A stretch of DNA of 63,788 nt, filler included, from Sphaeroforma arctica JP610 (taxonomy: Eukaryota), in assembly GCF_001186125.1 (NCBI RefSeq). It is 9 parts of 3 records of this genome, joined end to end, with 100 filler letters (N's around TTAATTAATTAA, not from the genome) between each part and the next. Parts side by side here need not be neighbours in the genome. Positions count along the whole stretch, not along the records: positions 28,469 to 39,267 come from NW_014040541.1; positions 39,368 to 53,345 come from NW_014040541.1; 7 more parts are not named here. The stretch is one strand, 5' to 3'. The position numbers were made by a program, and so were the translations under genes. Below the pieces are notes generated by a model. It was not told where the DNA came from and ran no database searches. It was given only the letters and a program-made list of their open reading frames with translations. This document shows, in pieces, positions 38,201 to 52,035 of the stretch. Within the stretch, counting starts at the first letter, position 1. Each line of letters opens with the position of its first letter.

Positions 38201-39267
38201 CGAAGCATGGAGTCTTCGTTGGCTTTATAAGGTGTTAAGCCATTTTAAAGCCGAACAATCTACACTTGATTATATAAAATCTAATCACCGACGTTTAGTT
38301 GCATGGACACCAGAACTCCAAATAACACAAATCTGTTCACACGAGACTCAGGCTACGGTGGACCCCACATTTCGCAAATTAGCAGCGGGACACCAGAAAC
38401 TTAGTAATGTTCCAGTGATGGAACAGATGATATACCTTATGGAGAATCATCGTCGGGCACACGAGCGTTGTCAGACCGATGCAGATTTTAAGCAAAATTT
38501 GCTCAACCACTGCATAGTTCAATTGTTGGAGAACACCTTAGGATCCCGGACATATGAGCGCACGTTACAGTTACATGCAAAGTGGCAACTCATGGAGACT
38601 CATGAATTACTAATATCCAGAAGGCCCAGATTCGTTCGACTCAACGTTTAGTCAATCGTCGAGGTCACAATGGGGACTCAGCCCGGGGGGAGACGACGAA
38701 TAGTAGACCTAGCCCGCACATAGTCCAGCGTCAGCAGCAACAATGGCAACAACGCCCGACTCCAACAACTAACCCAACGACATGCAACGATTGCCGCGCA
38801 CAAGCACCTCCAGGGTTGCGACACAAACCGAGCTGCCATCATTACCGAGCTGCCCAGCATGAGGGGCAGGATGTGAGGACACGGACGTCAGACACTAGTC
38901 AGCAGCAGAGAGAGGTGACTATGGGACAGCGATCTACGCCACCACAGGGGTCCGTGCACCAACCACCACAATACCCAAGCCGTCAGTCGACCTCAACTAC
39001 GACGACACCGCAGGTTAATGTGCTCACACAGGAGGAGGTTCCGGGATACGATAGCCAGTCGGCCACAGAGTTACATATACACTCCATCCTAACCAATGAC
39101 ATCGAGCAGGCCGTGGATCCACAAACGGACACATCGCAGCCCCAATGTACCCCGATAACAGAACAACATTGAGACCTCAGGGTGTCCGACGATGATGTAG
39201 CATTTACGTATGACGGACCTTGGGTTATATATTGGCGGAATTCAGTCACCACTCACACCTATCGACC
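35232..39267 (+). mobile_element. LTR retrotransposon 'G' (probable Gypsy): LTR ~35232-35469, upstream ORF(s) and gag-like ORF, cut by a gap
   Basis: TGTAG...CTACA segment with AATAAA interrupts the Copia RT. Long gag-like ORF 37329-38651 (disrupted start ~37063), knuckle-like remnant ~38815-38860. No pol is visible before the gap. Confidence 0.6.
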
Positions 39268-39367
39268 NNNNNNNNNNNNNNNNNNNNNNNNNNNNNNNNN
39301 NNNNNNNNNNNTTAATTAATTAANNNNNNNNNNNNNNNNNNNNNNNNNNNNNNNNNNNNNNNNNNNN

Positions 39368-40890
39368 AAGCCACGTGTACAAAAGAAGGGTGTTCTCCGG
39401 CCTAAACCAAATTTTACTCAAAGCTTCAATTGCTTCATTGCATGTAACTAGTTTTGACAGCGAAATATATGTAATGGGAACTACCTTTATCCAAATTGAA
39501 ATAAATAGTATTATCCCTATAGAATATAAACACACAAATAAAATGTAAAAATATAAATATGTACTAGGGCTATATATTTATTTAGTTCACTGATTTCTTT
39601 AAGTAGAATTATGTATAAAGTGTTCCAGTTTACTAAGCGCATAAAGTATGAATTTCACAAGTGAATGTTTGCTCTTAGTCATTCTCTGCTGAATGCGTAA
39701 GCTCCTCAAAATACTACAAAATATGACCCTAGAAAAAGTAATCAACGAGAGTTTGTTCATTTGTTGCAAAGAAAACCAACAACATTAAAATATTTCAGGG
39801 TGATAGTGGACAAACAGATAATCTTTGAACTCGTTGTGTTCTTTAGTCGATGAGTTCTTTTTTTGCATTGGTAATGTACAGTACATTTAAATTGCGATTT
39901 TGTTAGGGATTACCAGAGCTATGCCTTGTATATCTGATTATGGTTGCCATAAATTCGATTAGGCTTCTCAAAATACTACAAAATATGGCCCTCGAATTTT
40001 TTTATTAACGGGGGTTAGTTCATTTGTTGCAAAGGAAATCAACACGAAAGTATTTCAGGATGATTGTGGACAAGCAGAGAATCTTTGTTTTGAACTCGTT
40101 GTGTTCTTTAGTCAATGAGTTTATTTTTGCATTGTTAATGTACAGTACATCTAAACTGCAATTTTGATATGCAGTACCAAAGATAGGCCTTGTATATCTG
40201 ATTATTGTTGCCATATATTCTCGACACACTAAGCCACGCGTACAAAACAAGGGCGTTCTCCGGCCTAAATCAATTGCTTCATTGCATATAACTAGTTTTG
40301 ACAGCGAAATATATGTGATGGGAACTACCGATAGGATATAAACATACAAATAAAAAGTAAAAAGTAAAAATACGTACTAGGGCTATATATTTTATGTAGT
40401 TCACTGCATTTTTTATATAGTTGAATCACGTATAAAGTGTTTCAGTTTACTAGGCGCATAAAGTATGAATTCCACAAGTAAATGTTTGCTTAATCATCCT
40501 CTGCTGAATGCTCAAACACCTCAAAATACTACAAAATATGGCCCTCGAAAAAAATGATCAACGGGAGTTAGTTCATTTGTTGCAAAGGAAATCAACACAA
40601 AATACTTTGCTTTGAACTCGTTGTGTTCTTTAGTCGATGAGATCTTTTTTTGCATTGATAATGTATAGTACATCTAAATTGCGATTTTGATAAGCAGTAC
40701 CAAAGCTAGGTTGTATATCTGATTATGGTTGCCGTAAACTCTCGACACACTAAGCTACGCTTACAAAACAAGGGCGTTCTCCGGCCTAAATCAGATTTTG
40801 TTCGAAGCTTCAATTGCTCCATTGCGTATAATTAGCTTTGACGCGAAATATACGTGATGGGGACTACTTATAGAATATAAACACACAGAT
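39368..40890. repeat. Degenerate tandem array of ~0.5-kb units
   Basis: aagc(c/t)acg..tacaaaa.aaggg.gttctccggcctaaa recurs at 39368, 40231 and 40752. ctcaaaatactacaaaatatg recurs at ~39705, ~39967 and ~40520. Confidence 0.85.
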
Positions 40891-42939
40891 AATGGGTGAT
40901 ATCGATGAGTTTATAACGGATGCGGCTCATTTTTGCAAAATCATTTTTTTGCACAAGGATAAATTGATGTACGAGAAGAGTGAAAATCGCATAGGTTTGT
41001 ATTGTTAACGTGTACTTAATGAAAGTTCGCTGCCCCCGCGATGGAAGGTCGAATACTGCTTGGGATTTTGTCAGGCCCAAAATTGTGCTCAGACAGCGTG
41101 TTTACCGACTGTGGTATTCAGGTCGTACACTATCGAGTTCGTCGCCGTCGTTCATCTATCGTAGAACGTATACTGACAGTGAGAATACAAGCTGTACTAT
41201 AGGGCCTATCATAGTGGGTACAATCACAATAGAGAATGATGCCGATATATTTGCTGCGAGGTGAACATCAGAGCTTGAGACTATCCACTACAAACGACAG
41301 CGAAAGGAAAAATGAGTACGCATTCCACACCGTAAAAGGATGGATTGAATGTACTTGATTTGACAGATATAACGCCCTATTAGTCAGGGGTGCCAATTTC
41401 GTATTGCTGTACTCAAAGCATTCGAATAGATCAAGGGGTTTCGGTATGTCGGTTCCTGGTGCTAAATTCTGGAAGGCGTGCGTTATTGGGAGGCACTACG
41501 GCAACCTACCCAAGCAGTACACCGCAAGCTGAAGCGTTTATTTCACATAAGCCTCTAGTAGCACGGCTTGTACAAAGGAAGGGCAACGTTTTCTATGGAT
41601 TTATCTACTTTGGACCATGGATGAAGGCGTAAGGGATAGTGACTAGAGATGAGGTTTTTGAATGAGCCTGGTATACAGCATTTTGTTGGTGCAATTGACA
41701 GCAGTTCGTCGTTCCCATAAAATGAAACTAGAACCTTTTGAATTGTTCATATTTTAAACGAGATTGTACACTATATTATACACTTGTGTTAAACGCGTTT
41801 TCGTATCTATATGGGCTGCTAAAGAAGAGCTTAAGCGTATCATATGCAGGCTCTGCCCGCATATGTGCGGACTGAATATCCCATTTAGGTCAGTACTTTT
41901 CTGAGAGGCGACGCGGACAATGCAAATATATACAAGAGTGACATGCGCAGTTATATCTCGGCATAGCAAGCTGTCGGCGCGGCAACATAAACGGAAACTC
42001 GAAGAATGACTACCCATATATATGAATATGTTCTTCCGAGCGAAATCCAACTCTAGATCTGGCACAATCCCTGGTCCCATCTTCACCCTGATGTGGAATC
42101 AAGCCTTCGAATGCATTTTTTTATTACCACAAAAAATAGTTCACCTTGTTTCTCGCAGATTGATTTTGGATAGTCATCGGCATAGACAAGCCCGGAGTCG
42201 GACAAACTTTTGATACCTGCTACCGACAACTTCGAACTTAAACTTGTGGTGCCCTTATGTCTCGCATTGTTTCAAAAAATAGCATCCCTTACCCCTAAAC
42301 TCGCAGATAGTTTGGCACGTTAGTAATATAGCGAGTATCCCAAGTTGACACAAGCGAGATTGGAGGGCTGAAATATTGTCGATCTATTTGGATTAAATGG
42401 TCTTGTAAAATGTTTGAGTATCTTGGACGCTACACAATAACCATTGGCAATGTTCCTACTGCAGAAGAAAGGTACATAGCGCTTTTTGTTTAGCCGATTT
42501 CGTCAGCATGGAGGGTTTTGTTTGTAGTAAATTCACAATAAAAGTTTCCTTCTTACCACTAATAAGCGATTATTCAGAATCCGACATTTTGAAGAAAATG
42601 TAATCTAAGACAGGGAGGCTTTTATCGATACATACTGCTAAGTCTGACTATATTTCGTCATGTCTTGTTTGATCTTCTTTACCATCTTCCTGTGGCGTTT
42701 GCTCTAGCCAGCCGTATTTGATGCTTATATGCTTAAGCAGCTTCTCTAAGCAGTCCGTATCCGTGGCGTGGTGCTCGAGGACATCCACCAAAATTATATC
42801 TACAGTCTGGTCTGTCGGTGCAAAACCATCCACTGCGTGGTGTAAGTATTCTAATGGCACACCTGTGAACAAAAATCGAACAAAAGACAGGTTTAGGAGA
42901 GTGATTTTGACCGATCTAAAATGACACGATCTAATTGAT

Positions 42940-43470
42940 ACATTAATCAAATGGTTTCATCGGCGAGAATATAGAAATCTAGACAGCGATAGCACGGCGC
43001 TAACAGAGCAACAATTGGGCCGGGATGGAATTTCGCTCTTGGCGGGGGTTTGAAATAATGTCATAACTGACATAATCACATATATCGATACCAGAATCAC
43101 AAGAGTTTGAGCAATAAAATTTAGTACCCGCACAAACCTTCTAAACTGCCGGCTGATACTAGCGCCTCCCGTACATCCTTTCTTTGCTCGTCTGTCATTT
43201 CTCCGGTGACCAACAACAGAGCGGTTTTGTCAATCTGAAGTGAGAATCGAACATGTTACCAAAGTGGGTCGAGTGGAGATTCCAGATCTCCGCTCGCCAG
43301 CATCGAAAATACTGACCTTTACATAAAAGTACTACTATGGTGGACGGTGATGCCCGAACATAAGGTATTTCGTAAAAGACTCAAAGGGAGGCAAGCTTTG
43401 CGAAGTCAAGACGGGATCCGTACCCCTCAATCGGAAAACGAAACAGGTACGCATGCAGAAGTTCTAAATA
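42940..43470 (-). pseudogene. Possible decayed SF2/SNF2-like helicase fragment
   Basis: Hand translation gives TIVVLLCKGQYFRCWRAEI, LLVTGEMTDEQRKDVREAL, VSYDII and YILADET in helicase-like order, with stops and frameshifts. Confidence 0.3.
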
Positions 43471-46400
43471 GTCGGTTCATTAGTGTGATTTTGTGTAAAA
43501 TTGACCCATAGAAGACAGTGATTGAAACACGTTATTACTGGAAAGAGATTTAACTTAAGCTTCACAGTCCAAAAAACAAATACCAAACACGGCACATTTT
43601 ACCTGGTCCGAATCCGGCAACGATATTTCTGTTACCCGCAACTCTCCCTCCACGACTTGCACTATCAATTTAGACGGTTTCTGCAGTGGAGGGAATACAT
43701 TCGAGATCAAATACGGTAAGCGCCCGAGGCGCTGTGTTGGTATGCTATCTACGGTTTAAACAACACAGTTTATAAACCAGATACTAAAACAAACTATCAA
43801 CAAGTAATTAAACGGACTGAAGTGCCCTGACACGCATGTGTCAATGCAGATAATATCGAATTAACTAGCAATGATCTGAGCAATTTCCGACCAAATACCG
43901 CTCTGTATGCTTGAATACACGAGGCCAAGCATCTATGTGCATTTGATACCTTGCGAGTGTTAGACTTGCTTAAGTCTGCACCTGAAGTATATACATGCGG
44001 TTCTCCGGCCTGTACAATGTAAAAATCCTTAGTTAGTGCTATCAAAACCTGCCAGTGTCAACAAGTGAACTCACCGCTTTAGACTGGTAATATATAGCGT
44101 TCATGCTCATCAGTCTACCGACTGACGCTGTATCTCTTGCAATACCATGAGGCGCTTACTGACGCAAACCAATCGGTAAAGACATTGCAGATAAAACAGA
44201 TATCCGATAAGATTAAGAACACACCTTGTAGCGCTTGTGGTGCACGGGTTGGACTGTGCTTCTAGTGCATACTATGTCTTGTTCCTTGTCGATGCTAGGA
44301 CTTTCAAGCGCAGGGTGAATACAGATCCCTTTCGTGTGCACCTTAAGAATTTGGAAGTTGGCAGCAATAAGTATCACGGTTAAATTTGAAAAACAAAAAT
44401 CCTCATATTTGATTCTAAAATTATATTGCGGGAGGGATGGGCTGAAAAATATGCCATTTTTTTTCTCGATCTTTGAGAGCAATTTTTGGCAAGTAAAATT
44501 ATGGAAGCAAGTGACATACGCAACAAGTTGAACTTTCGGTTGTTAAAAAGTTGCCGAGCAATACTACATAGCGGCCATGGAAAGCTTCGTGCCAACGACT
44601 AGTGCAAACGTTGCAAACACGAACAGCACCTCGTGGAGAGTATTTTTTCGGAGCATGGCTGAGAAGTCCAACCACCTGAAACGCCCACATATGTTTTTGT
44701 CACACTTTCATGTGTATTATACAATGGTACTCCCTCTATGGACCTACAACAAACGGACAATATCTTACAGGCGTACACATATAAACAAAATTGAGACTAT
44801 ATTCGCAATCTTTTAAAATTTATTGTGACTTGTACTTTCCCACTGTATAGTTCGCATGCTTGCACAAATATATCACGCACGTGTGCTCCCCAAATACGGG
44901 GAAAACGTTAATACACGATAGAAAAACTAGCACTCGACTCGGAGTGCCAGCCGTTTTTGTGTAGTTACCTTTATTTCGTAGACACAGGTAGCCTTCTCAA
45001 GCACCGTCGTGAATTGTCCAACTGTATCGTCACTGCAAACGAACTGCAATGGAATTCTGAAGATAAATCGGCTGTGCAGGAGCTCACCTTCTGACGACAA
45101 GTATTACCACAACACTCAGAGTGTAAACTCAAGGTGGCACTATTTGGATATCACTCGTAATAAAAGAGTGTAGGGTGAGAATGTTTGTAAAAGACGTTGA
45201 AAGTATCATTAGGCACGGTACAGACCATACAGTGATATTCACAGTACGAGTATGGGCGAGCAAGAACCCGATCATATTCTGGGTGATCAATTTATGATTA
45301 GTTTTTCTTTACCAAGTAGAGCCAGCTTGGTGCAACTGCGAATCGACCCGCGTTCTATTGCCTGAAAAACAGTGCATACAACGATATCTCACACACCTGA
45401 ACTTCTGTCATTCTCTGCGGATTCTGACCCACATCGCAGGGCGTTCCTCCTGTAAAATGCAGTGACACGTACGGCACTATTCTATCTTCCTTCATAGCGG
45501 CCTCGTATTTTTGCTGAAAGACATCGATTTATAATCGAGGGTGTCGGGGTTTTTAGAGAACAACTAATATCAATTGTAACAGTAAATAACAGCCTCCAAA
45601 AAAGGAGGTGCTCTCAGTGGTGTGCTGGCTTAACAACCGTATACGATTCAGTAAACGCGTGAATGGGCTTACACACCAACCAAACATCCAACATGGAACG
45701 AACTCTATAAAAAATTCAATTGGAAGTAAAACATGGATGGTTAACACACATACCCGCGACACTTCCTCATCGTATGTTCCCAGCGAAAATTCATCCAAAC
45801 TCTTATCTTCATTCATATGATACTGTCGCACTTGCTTCTTATGACAGTACTCGTACGTCCACCACCCAGATCTCTATACAACCAGACATGTTTCAGAAAG
45901 GGGTCAATTGACATTGTATACGTTGACACTCTAAAAGAGACGACTTTTTCGAAACAGTAGACACTAATACCTTCATGTACGAGGGTGTATCTACTCTTGC
46001 AATCGAACTGAAATAGGCTGTTGACAGGGTAACGGTGTCCAACATTTCGGAGAGAGTCAACGCAAGAACATGCATAATATTGTGCACAATATGGTAACTA
46101 AAATTCTAGTTGTAGACATATGGCGGCTACAATAGCAACCTTATTCAATCGTGCTGCTCGAATGTAAATACTAATTTAGAGGATCAAGCACAATACGATT
46201 TTTGACTCGATTGCCCGTTGTGTTGTCGAAGTCCAATCCTGGCACAATATATCAAAAATTGAAACATAATTCAAGTATTCCATTTACCACCACATACGCA
46301 TCAAACCAACATGCTTGCAATATACATACATATGCATAACATCGTCCATCGCTTTTGTGCAAGTGATTGAGAAACTCGCTATATGATGGTTGCTTTTTCT

Positions 46401-47778
46401 CGTCTTTGATCGGCTCCTCCCTTATTTGCGGTGGCGCTGGGATCTCGCATGTGTACTGTGTGCCGTCTGCTGCAGCTATTTGTAGTGTGCTGACTCCACT
46501 CTGTAACTATGGCCGTAAAGGAGCGCGTCTCGGTGAGTATTACAATCCTTTTAGAAAATCAATATTTGTATGGATGTTCAAAGAGATCTGATAAAATTAG
46601 CAACATACGTGACTTCGTTTTCAGCTCAATCGCGGACAACACAGGCGCAGACCAATACAATCATACTCGTGTCCATCTTACTTTAACCACTCACATGCAT
46701 ACATACGGACACACACACATACACAAAAAAACACACAGTTACATAAATGCATAGGCACATACAAACCATCCATACACACATACCTATATNNNNNNNNNNN
46801 NNNNNNNNNNNNNNNNNNNNNNNNNNNNNNNNNNNNNNNNNNNNNNNNNNNNNNNNNNNNNNNNNNNNNNNNNNNNNNNNNNNNNNNNNNNNNNNNNNNN
46901 NNNNNNNNNNNNNNNNNNNNNNNNNNNNNNNNNNNNNNNNNNNNNNNNNNNNNNNNNNNNNNNNNNNNNNNNNNNNNNNNNNNNNNNNNNNNNNNNNNNN
47001 NNNNNNNNNNNNNNNNNNNNNNNNNNNNNNNNNNNNNNNNNNNNNNNNNNNNNNNNNNNNNNNNNNNNNNNNNNNNNNNNNNNNNNNNNNNNNNNNNNNN
47101 NNNNNNNNNNNNNNNNNNNNNNNNNNNNNNNNNNNNNNNNNNNNNNNNNNNNNNNNNNNNNNNNNNNNNNNNNNNNNNNNNNNNNNNNNNNNNNNNNNNN
47201 NNNNNNNNNNNNNNNNNNNNNNNNNNNNNNNNNNNNNNNNNNNNNNNNNNNNNNNNNNNNNNNNNNNNNNNNNNNNNNNNNNNNNNNNNNNNNNNNNNNN
47301 NNNNNNNNNNNNNNNNNNNNNNNNNNNNNNNNNNNNNNNNNNNNNNNNNNNNNNNNNNNNNNNNNNNNNNNNNNNNNNNNNNNNNNNNNNNNNNNNNNNN
47401 NNNNNNNNNNNNNNNNNNNNNNNNNNNNNNNNNNNNNNNNNNNNNNNNNNNNNNNNNNNNNNNNNNNNNNNNNNNNNNNNNNNNNNNNNNNNNNNNNNNN
47501 NNNNNNNNNNNNNNNNNNNNNNNNNNNNNNNNNNNNNNNNNNNNNNNNNNNNNNNNNNNNNNNNNNNNNNNNNNNNNNNNNNNNNNNNNNNNNNNNNNNN
47601 NNNNNNNNNNNNNNNNNNNNNNNNNNNNNNNNNNNNNNNNNNNNNNNNNNNNNNNNNNNNNNNNNNNNNNNNNNNNNNNNNNNNNNNNNNNNNNNNNNNN
47701 NNNNNNNNNNNNNNNNNNNNNNNNNNNNNNNNNNNNNNNNNNNNNNNNNNNNNNNNNNNNNNNTACACACACACACAC

Positions 47779-47822
<44 letters not shown>

Positions 47823-48897
47823 TATATATAATATATATATAATATAATACAATCTGTGGAGCGCAGTATTACAACCAACCGCGAGCTGATCTCAAGAAGG
47901 CATAAGCAATTCATAGCCGCATTTAGCTAAGGTACACACATAAAAATAGATAGTATCGGGACATACATCGTCGAGTGCGTGGTTGAAGAACTTCAAGTCG
48001 TATTTTAGTCGATCGATTTGCTCAACATCAACGGTAGCTACAACTACACTGATGACACTCCCTACTAGTATCCATGCTGTGTTAAACATTTTGTGCAACT
48101 GTTTCAGTAACAGACTATAAATGTAGCTTAAAGCATGAGACCACAAGAAAGATATAGACCATATCTCCATATAATATCATATAAATTGTCTTCGTAAAGG
48201 ATCGTAGGGGTTGTATATAAAACCCTACCCGATCTGCCACAGATTTGGAGATTGTACCCAACATCTGATTAAACCCTAAAAAGACATCACAGGGATTGAC
48301 ATCATATTTAGACATTTTGCCACAGTCTCCGGTTATGAAGCCTATGTTTTATTTACCTCTGCTTGCTATGGGCAATACTCAAGTCTGATCGCCTATGGCT
48401 ATCTCATTGCCTTCTGTCTGTTTCATTCTGTTGGTTCATTAATTCTTCCCATCGTATCAATTTAATCAGAAAGCTTTTGTTTCGACTAGACTATTTATAT
48501 CCCAAATGTCGGTGCATATGAACTCTTTTTTGATTCGCTATAACGCTCTTGAACCCACTGTAAATTTATTTATAATTGACAAATTGACAGTAGAGGCTTT
48601 CACTAATTGTGCAATTGCATATCACCCTTCTTAGTAGAATCGCAGTCTCAGGTATCGATAGCAGAGCATATAATTCGATGGTATTAGGAGTTCTGCAACA
48701 TTCACTATCGATTGAAGGTTTACTGCACTTTTTAAATTTTTAGATACCGTGTCCGTTGCTAAACGTTTTTGAATAGCACGCATGACGGTGTGAACATATA
48801 ACGCTGATGTTTCACTGGCGGAATCGATTATATATTTGCGCAGTGTTCACGCTTAGAAATGTTAGTACCACCAAGCAGGCAGTATGTTATCGCTCAC

Positions 48898-50919
48898 CTA
48901 CCACTCCACCCAACTGTCAAACCAGTAGGTGGAATCATCCAACACATTCGGCATGGCCTTCACCACCTTCACCAGAACACTTCTATCCACCTGCGGCCCA
49001 TTTCTCAGCATCACTATACAGTGCTTGATGTTTCCGTGTCGTGTCTGGGATACTTCAGTGGCTGTACATCTCGACTTCGTCCATCCGGTGGGTACACGCG
49101 CGTTCAAACGTTCTCGTACCTTCAGTAGAGCCTCCTCGGTACCTAGTACATTCATGGCCACCACTCCGTAGGGTCCCACACTCGCACACACCTTGGTCAT
49201 AAACGAGCTCTCCAGGATTGATTCCGGAGGCGCAATTAGACAGTACCCCTGAGAACTATCATCGCCTGAGACACCACCCACATCTACACATACTTTGTTG
49301 TTGTGAGTCACACTCTCAGAAGGCGCACACGCGTCGTTAGATGTGTTGCTTGTATCTGAAGAGCTGCTGCGGGATTGCTCACTTCCTTTTGTGGGCCGCA
49401 TCCCAAAGATAAGGTCTGCCATATCCCCATTTTCAATATCTATAATGACTAAATCAAGCGGCTTACAACTCTTGTTACGCGCGTCTACGGCAACCCCCTT
49501 CTTTTCAGTCTCGCTCAGTAGAGTAGTATACTTGGTGTAAGCTGCCATCAAATCAAAGGGTGAAACATCACTACTGACATCCCTTGAACTGTACTGCCGC
49601 GTAAACTCCTCGTCGATCCATTTCTCGGCTGTCGTCTCGTGCATATGGAATCGCGCACTCGTCTCCTCAAGCTCACGAACCCCAAAACAATTCCTGGCCA
49701 TTGCAATCACATCGGCATGCGATTCGACACAGTCTAAGTATACGTACGGCAGCAATTCGTGTAGGAAGCCTGGTAGTGAGCAACCGCCTGCACCCAGCAC
49801 AGCCACTCTACAGGGAGGTAGCTTGAAGTGCTGCGTGCTTGTGTGCGTATGTGTGCGTGCAAATGGGAATATAGTGCTGGCACTTACATTTTGGGGTACG
49901 TCCGTGCGCACCGTAGCCGGTTCTGAGCCTAATGAAGCGGCAGTGTCAGCCTCTTGCAGTGTATCTGTTTTCAAGACGTGGTCCACATTTCCGGTGTTCT
50001 TATACTCTGACGTGGCGTTGGGGAAAAGCACACTCGCCTGCTGTAACACCAAACCCAGCGCAAGACCCTGCAGATGTGTAGAGCGCTCGCCTAGCGAAGG
50101 CGGTGGATGGGAATGAAATATTTCCCCGGTCTTCATGCACACCTTGACGCAAGTCTGCACCAAATCTAATCTATCATTGAAGTGCAGCGACCTCAGCGCA
50201 ACGCCCAAGCCAGCCCCGTGTAGCTGATCAAGCACACTCACATGACGCGTAGAGGCCACCACAACACTCCCGGAAGCTCTAAGGTCGGCTTCCACTTCAA
50301 GCAGCATACCCTCGTCCACCTCATCGAGTATGTCGTACGCCTCGCTTGTAGACACATCCAGCGAATCCGCCGTGATTCCTGATACTAATCCTTGCAAACG
50401 CAAGCGTACTTCTGAAAGTCGTGGAAAGCTTGGCGTATCCCTATAGTCGGTCTCTAAAGGGTGCGATACGGCGCTCTTATGTCGGCTGCTTATGTGCGTG
50501 CGCACGTTGAGCCCTGGTTCTACATTATGATTGTTTCTACGTGTTGCACAGAGTATATCCGTCCGTATCTGTAGCACCGATGGCTGTAGTGGATTGGCCT
50601 GTGCTTTACCTAAACCAGTCACAGCTCTAGTAATCCCTACAGGGTTGGCGAGTGACTTGTATGTCCGGCGTCTTGCTCCGATTAATGGTAGATTATATGG
50701 TTGGCTAACACTACTAGAGATAGAATTATGGATCGTAGTACAGACATATGGACAAGTGTTGCTAGCTTGTTTTATACTAATATTACGATAATTCCACTGC
50801 AAAGAAAGGAGGCGAGAGGGGCTGTGGTAGCTGTGACAGCCACATTTACGAAGACGTAGACATGTGGGCATGCACACTAGAGAGCAATTTCTGATCGTGT
50901 AAGGCTGCAAATATTGCAT
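48898..50919 (-). CDS. Intronless class I SAM-dependent methyltransferase (METTL13 C-terminal / spermidine-synthase-like)
   Basis: RVAVLGAGGCSLPGFLHELLP..LDCVE..DVIAMARNCFG; LDLVIIDI; APPESILESSF...GPYGVVAMNV; 673-aa open frame. Confidence 0.85.
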   Translation of the reverse strand: MQYLQPYTIRNCSLVCMPTCLRLRKCGCHSYHSPSRLLSLQWNYRNISIKQASNTCPYVCTTIHNSISSSVSQPYNLPLIGARRRTYKSLANPVGITRAVTGLGKAQANPLQPSVLQIRTDILCATRRNNHNVEPGLNVRTHISSRHKSAVSHPLETDYRDTPSFPRLSEVRLRLQGLVSGITADSLDVSTSEAYDILDEVDEGMLLEVEADLRASGSVVVASTRHVSVLDQLHGAGLGVALRSLHFNDRLDLVQTCVKVCMKTGEIFHSHPPPSLGERSTHLQGLALGLVLQQASVLFPNATSEYKNTGNVDHVLKTDTLQEADTAASLGSEPATVRTDVPQNVSASTIFPFARTHTHTSTQHFKLPPCRVAVLGAGGCSLPGFLHELLPYVYLDCVESHADVIAMARNCFGVRELEETSARFHMHETTAEKWIDEEFTRQYSSRDVSSDVSPFDLMAAYTKYTTLLSETEKKGVAVDARNKSCKPLDLVIIDIENGDMADLIFGMRPTKGSEQSRSSSSDTSNTSNDACAPSESVTHNNKVCVDVGGVSGDDSSQGYCLIAPPESILESSFMTKVCASVGPYGVVAMNVLGTEEALLKVRERLNARVPTGWTKSRCTATEVSQTRHGNIKHCIVMLRNGPQVDRSVLVKVVKAMPNVLDDSTYWFDSWVEW

Positions 50920-52035
50920 TGTAGCGTCGAAGTGTGCATGCAGTTACTCAGACGGTACAATTTTTACACCAATAAAATGCACGTGCCCTTTAACCTATTA
51001 TATACCCACAGACAAACTAAGTCAGTCGTCTCCTGGTTTAGTTTGTACATTCAGTCACAGTAGATATGATAATGCTACGAATCGATGACCAAACTATTCG
51101 GTGCTTCCCTCAATATGTGAGTGTCTGGCACCACTTGCATCTACCACTGTTCTTAGGTCTCTTGTCTACCACACGGATAAAGTTAAAATATGCTACTATC
51201 AATGGGAGAACAGTCAGCCCTATCTATAATCAGTTGCATCACATCGCTTCTGTTCATGTGACATTCAAAAATCAGTGTTCTCTTTTTATTTAGGAGGCTA
51301 TGTATGAATTTTCAGAAAAATATGTAAATAAATACAAGAAGAGAGCTCTCGTATTTTTGAAAATATTTATAAAAAACCCCCAAAAAAAACCACATACAAA
51401 TGACGCCTTTTATTTTTTTTAGTAAAAATTAGACACGGCCCTCGGGATTGTCTCGAAGGTTTCTCTCTACAACAATCGTAAATTTGAATAGCGAGAGTCG
51501 AGACTCTATGACCTCTATGGGCCCCCAGACTCCCTGATTTAGACACGGGGGGTTTTTTCATATGGAGACCTGGTTTTGAAAACAAATATGTATGTATTTA
51601 TTTATTATTTATAAATATTATGCTTTTAGCCTTTTAGGTCTCTTGTGTGTGCGAGTTTATGACTAATAAAAATCAAAATCATAGCCTTCTGAAATTTATA
51701 CACACACACACAAGAAGCAAGAGAGAAAAGGCTATGGAAAATTGAACAAAAAATCTATCTTCTCTCTTAGTCATTCATTGACACTTCTCTCTCTTGATGT
51801 TGTGTTCATCAGTAGTATTTAACTAGGCTAAATACATGTGAACAATCAAAAAAAATATTAAATACAGTATTCATGTAAATAGTAAGTACTCGTGACCTGA
51901 CCATCTTCTGGTCTATTTTTTATTGTCTTTTTTAATCTTTAAATCATTTGTGAGGGTTCATTATTTTCTAGAAAGAAAAATCTAATAAATTCCCCACCAG
52001 CACAGTCATCATTCATCAACAATTCAACTCCGACA

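Noticed and set aside
46678..47914. Long X-containing ORFs
   Set aside because: They span a ~1-kb N gap
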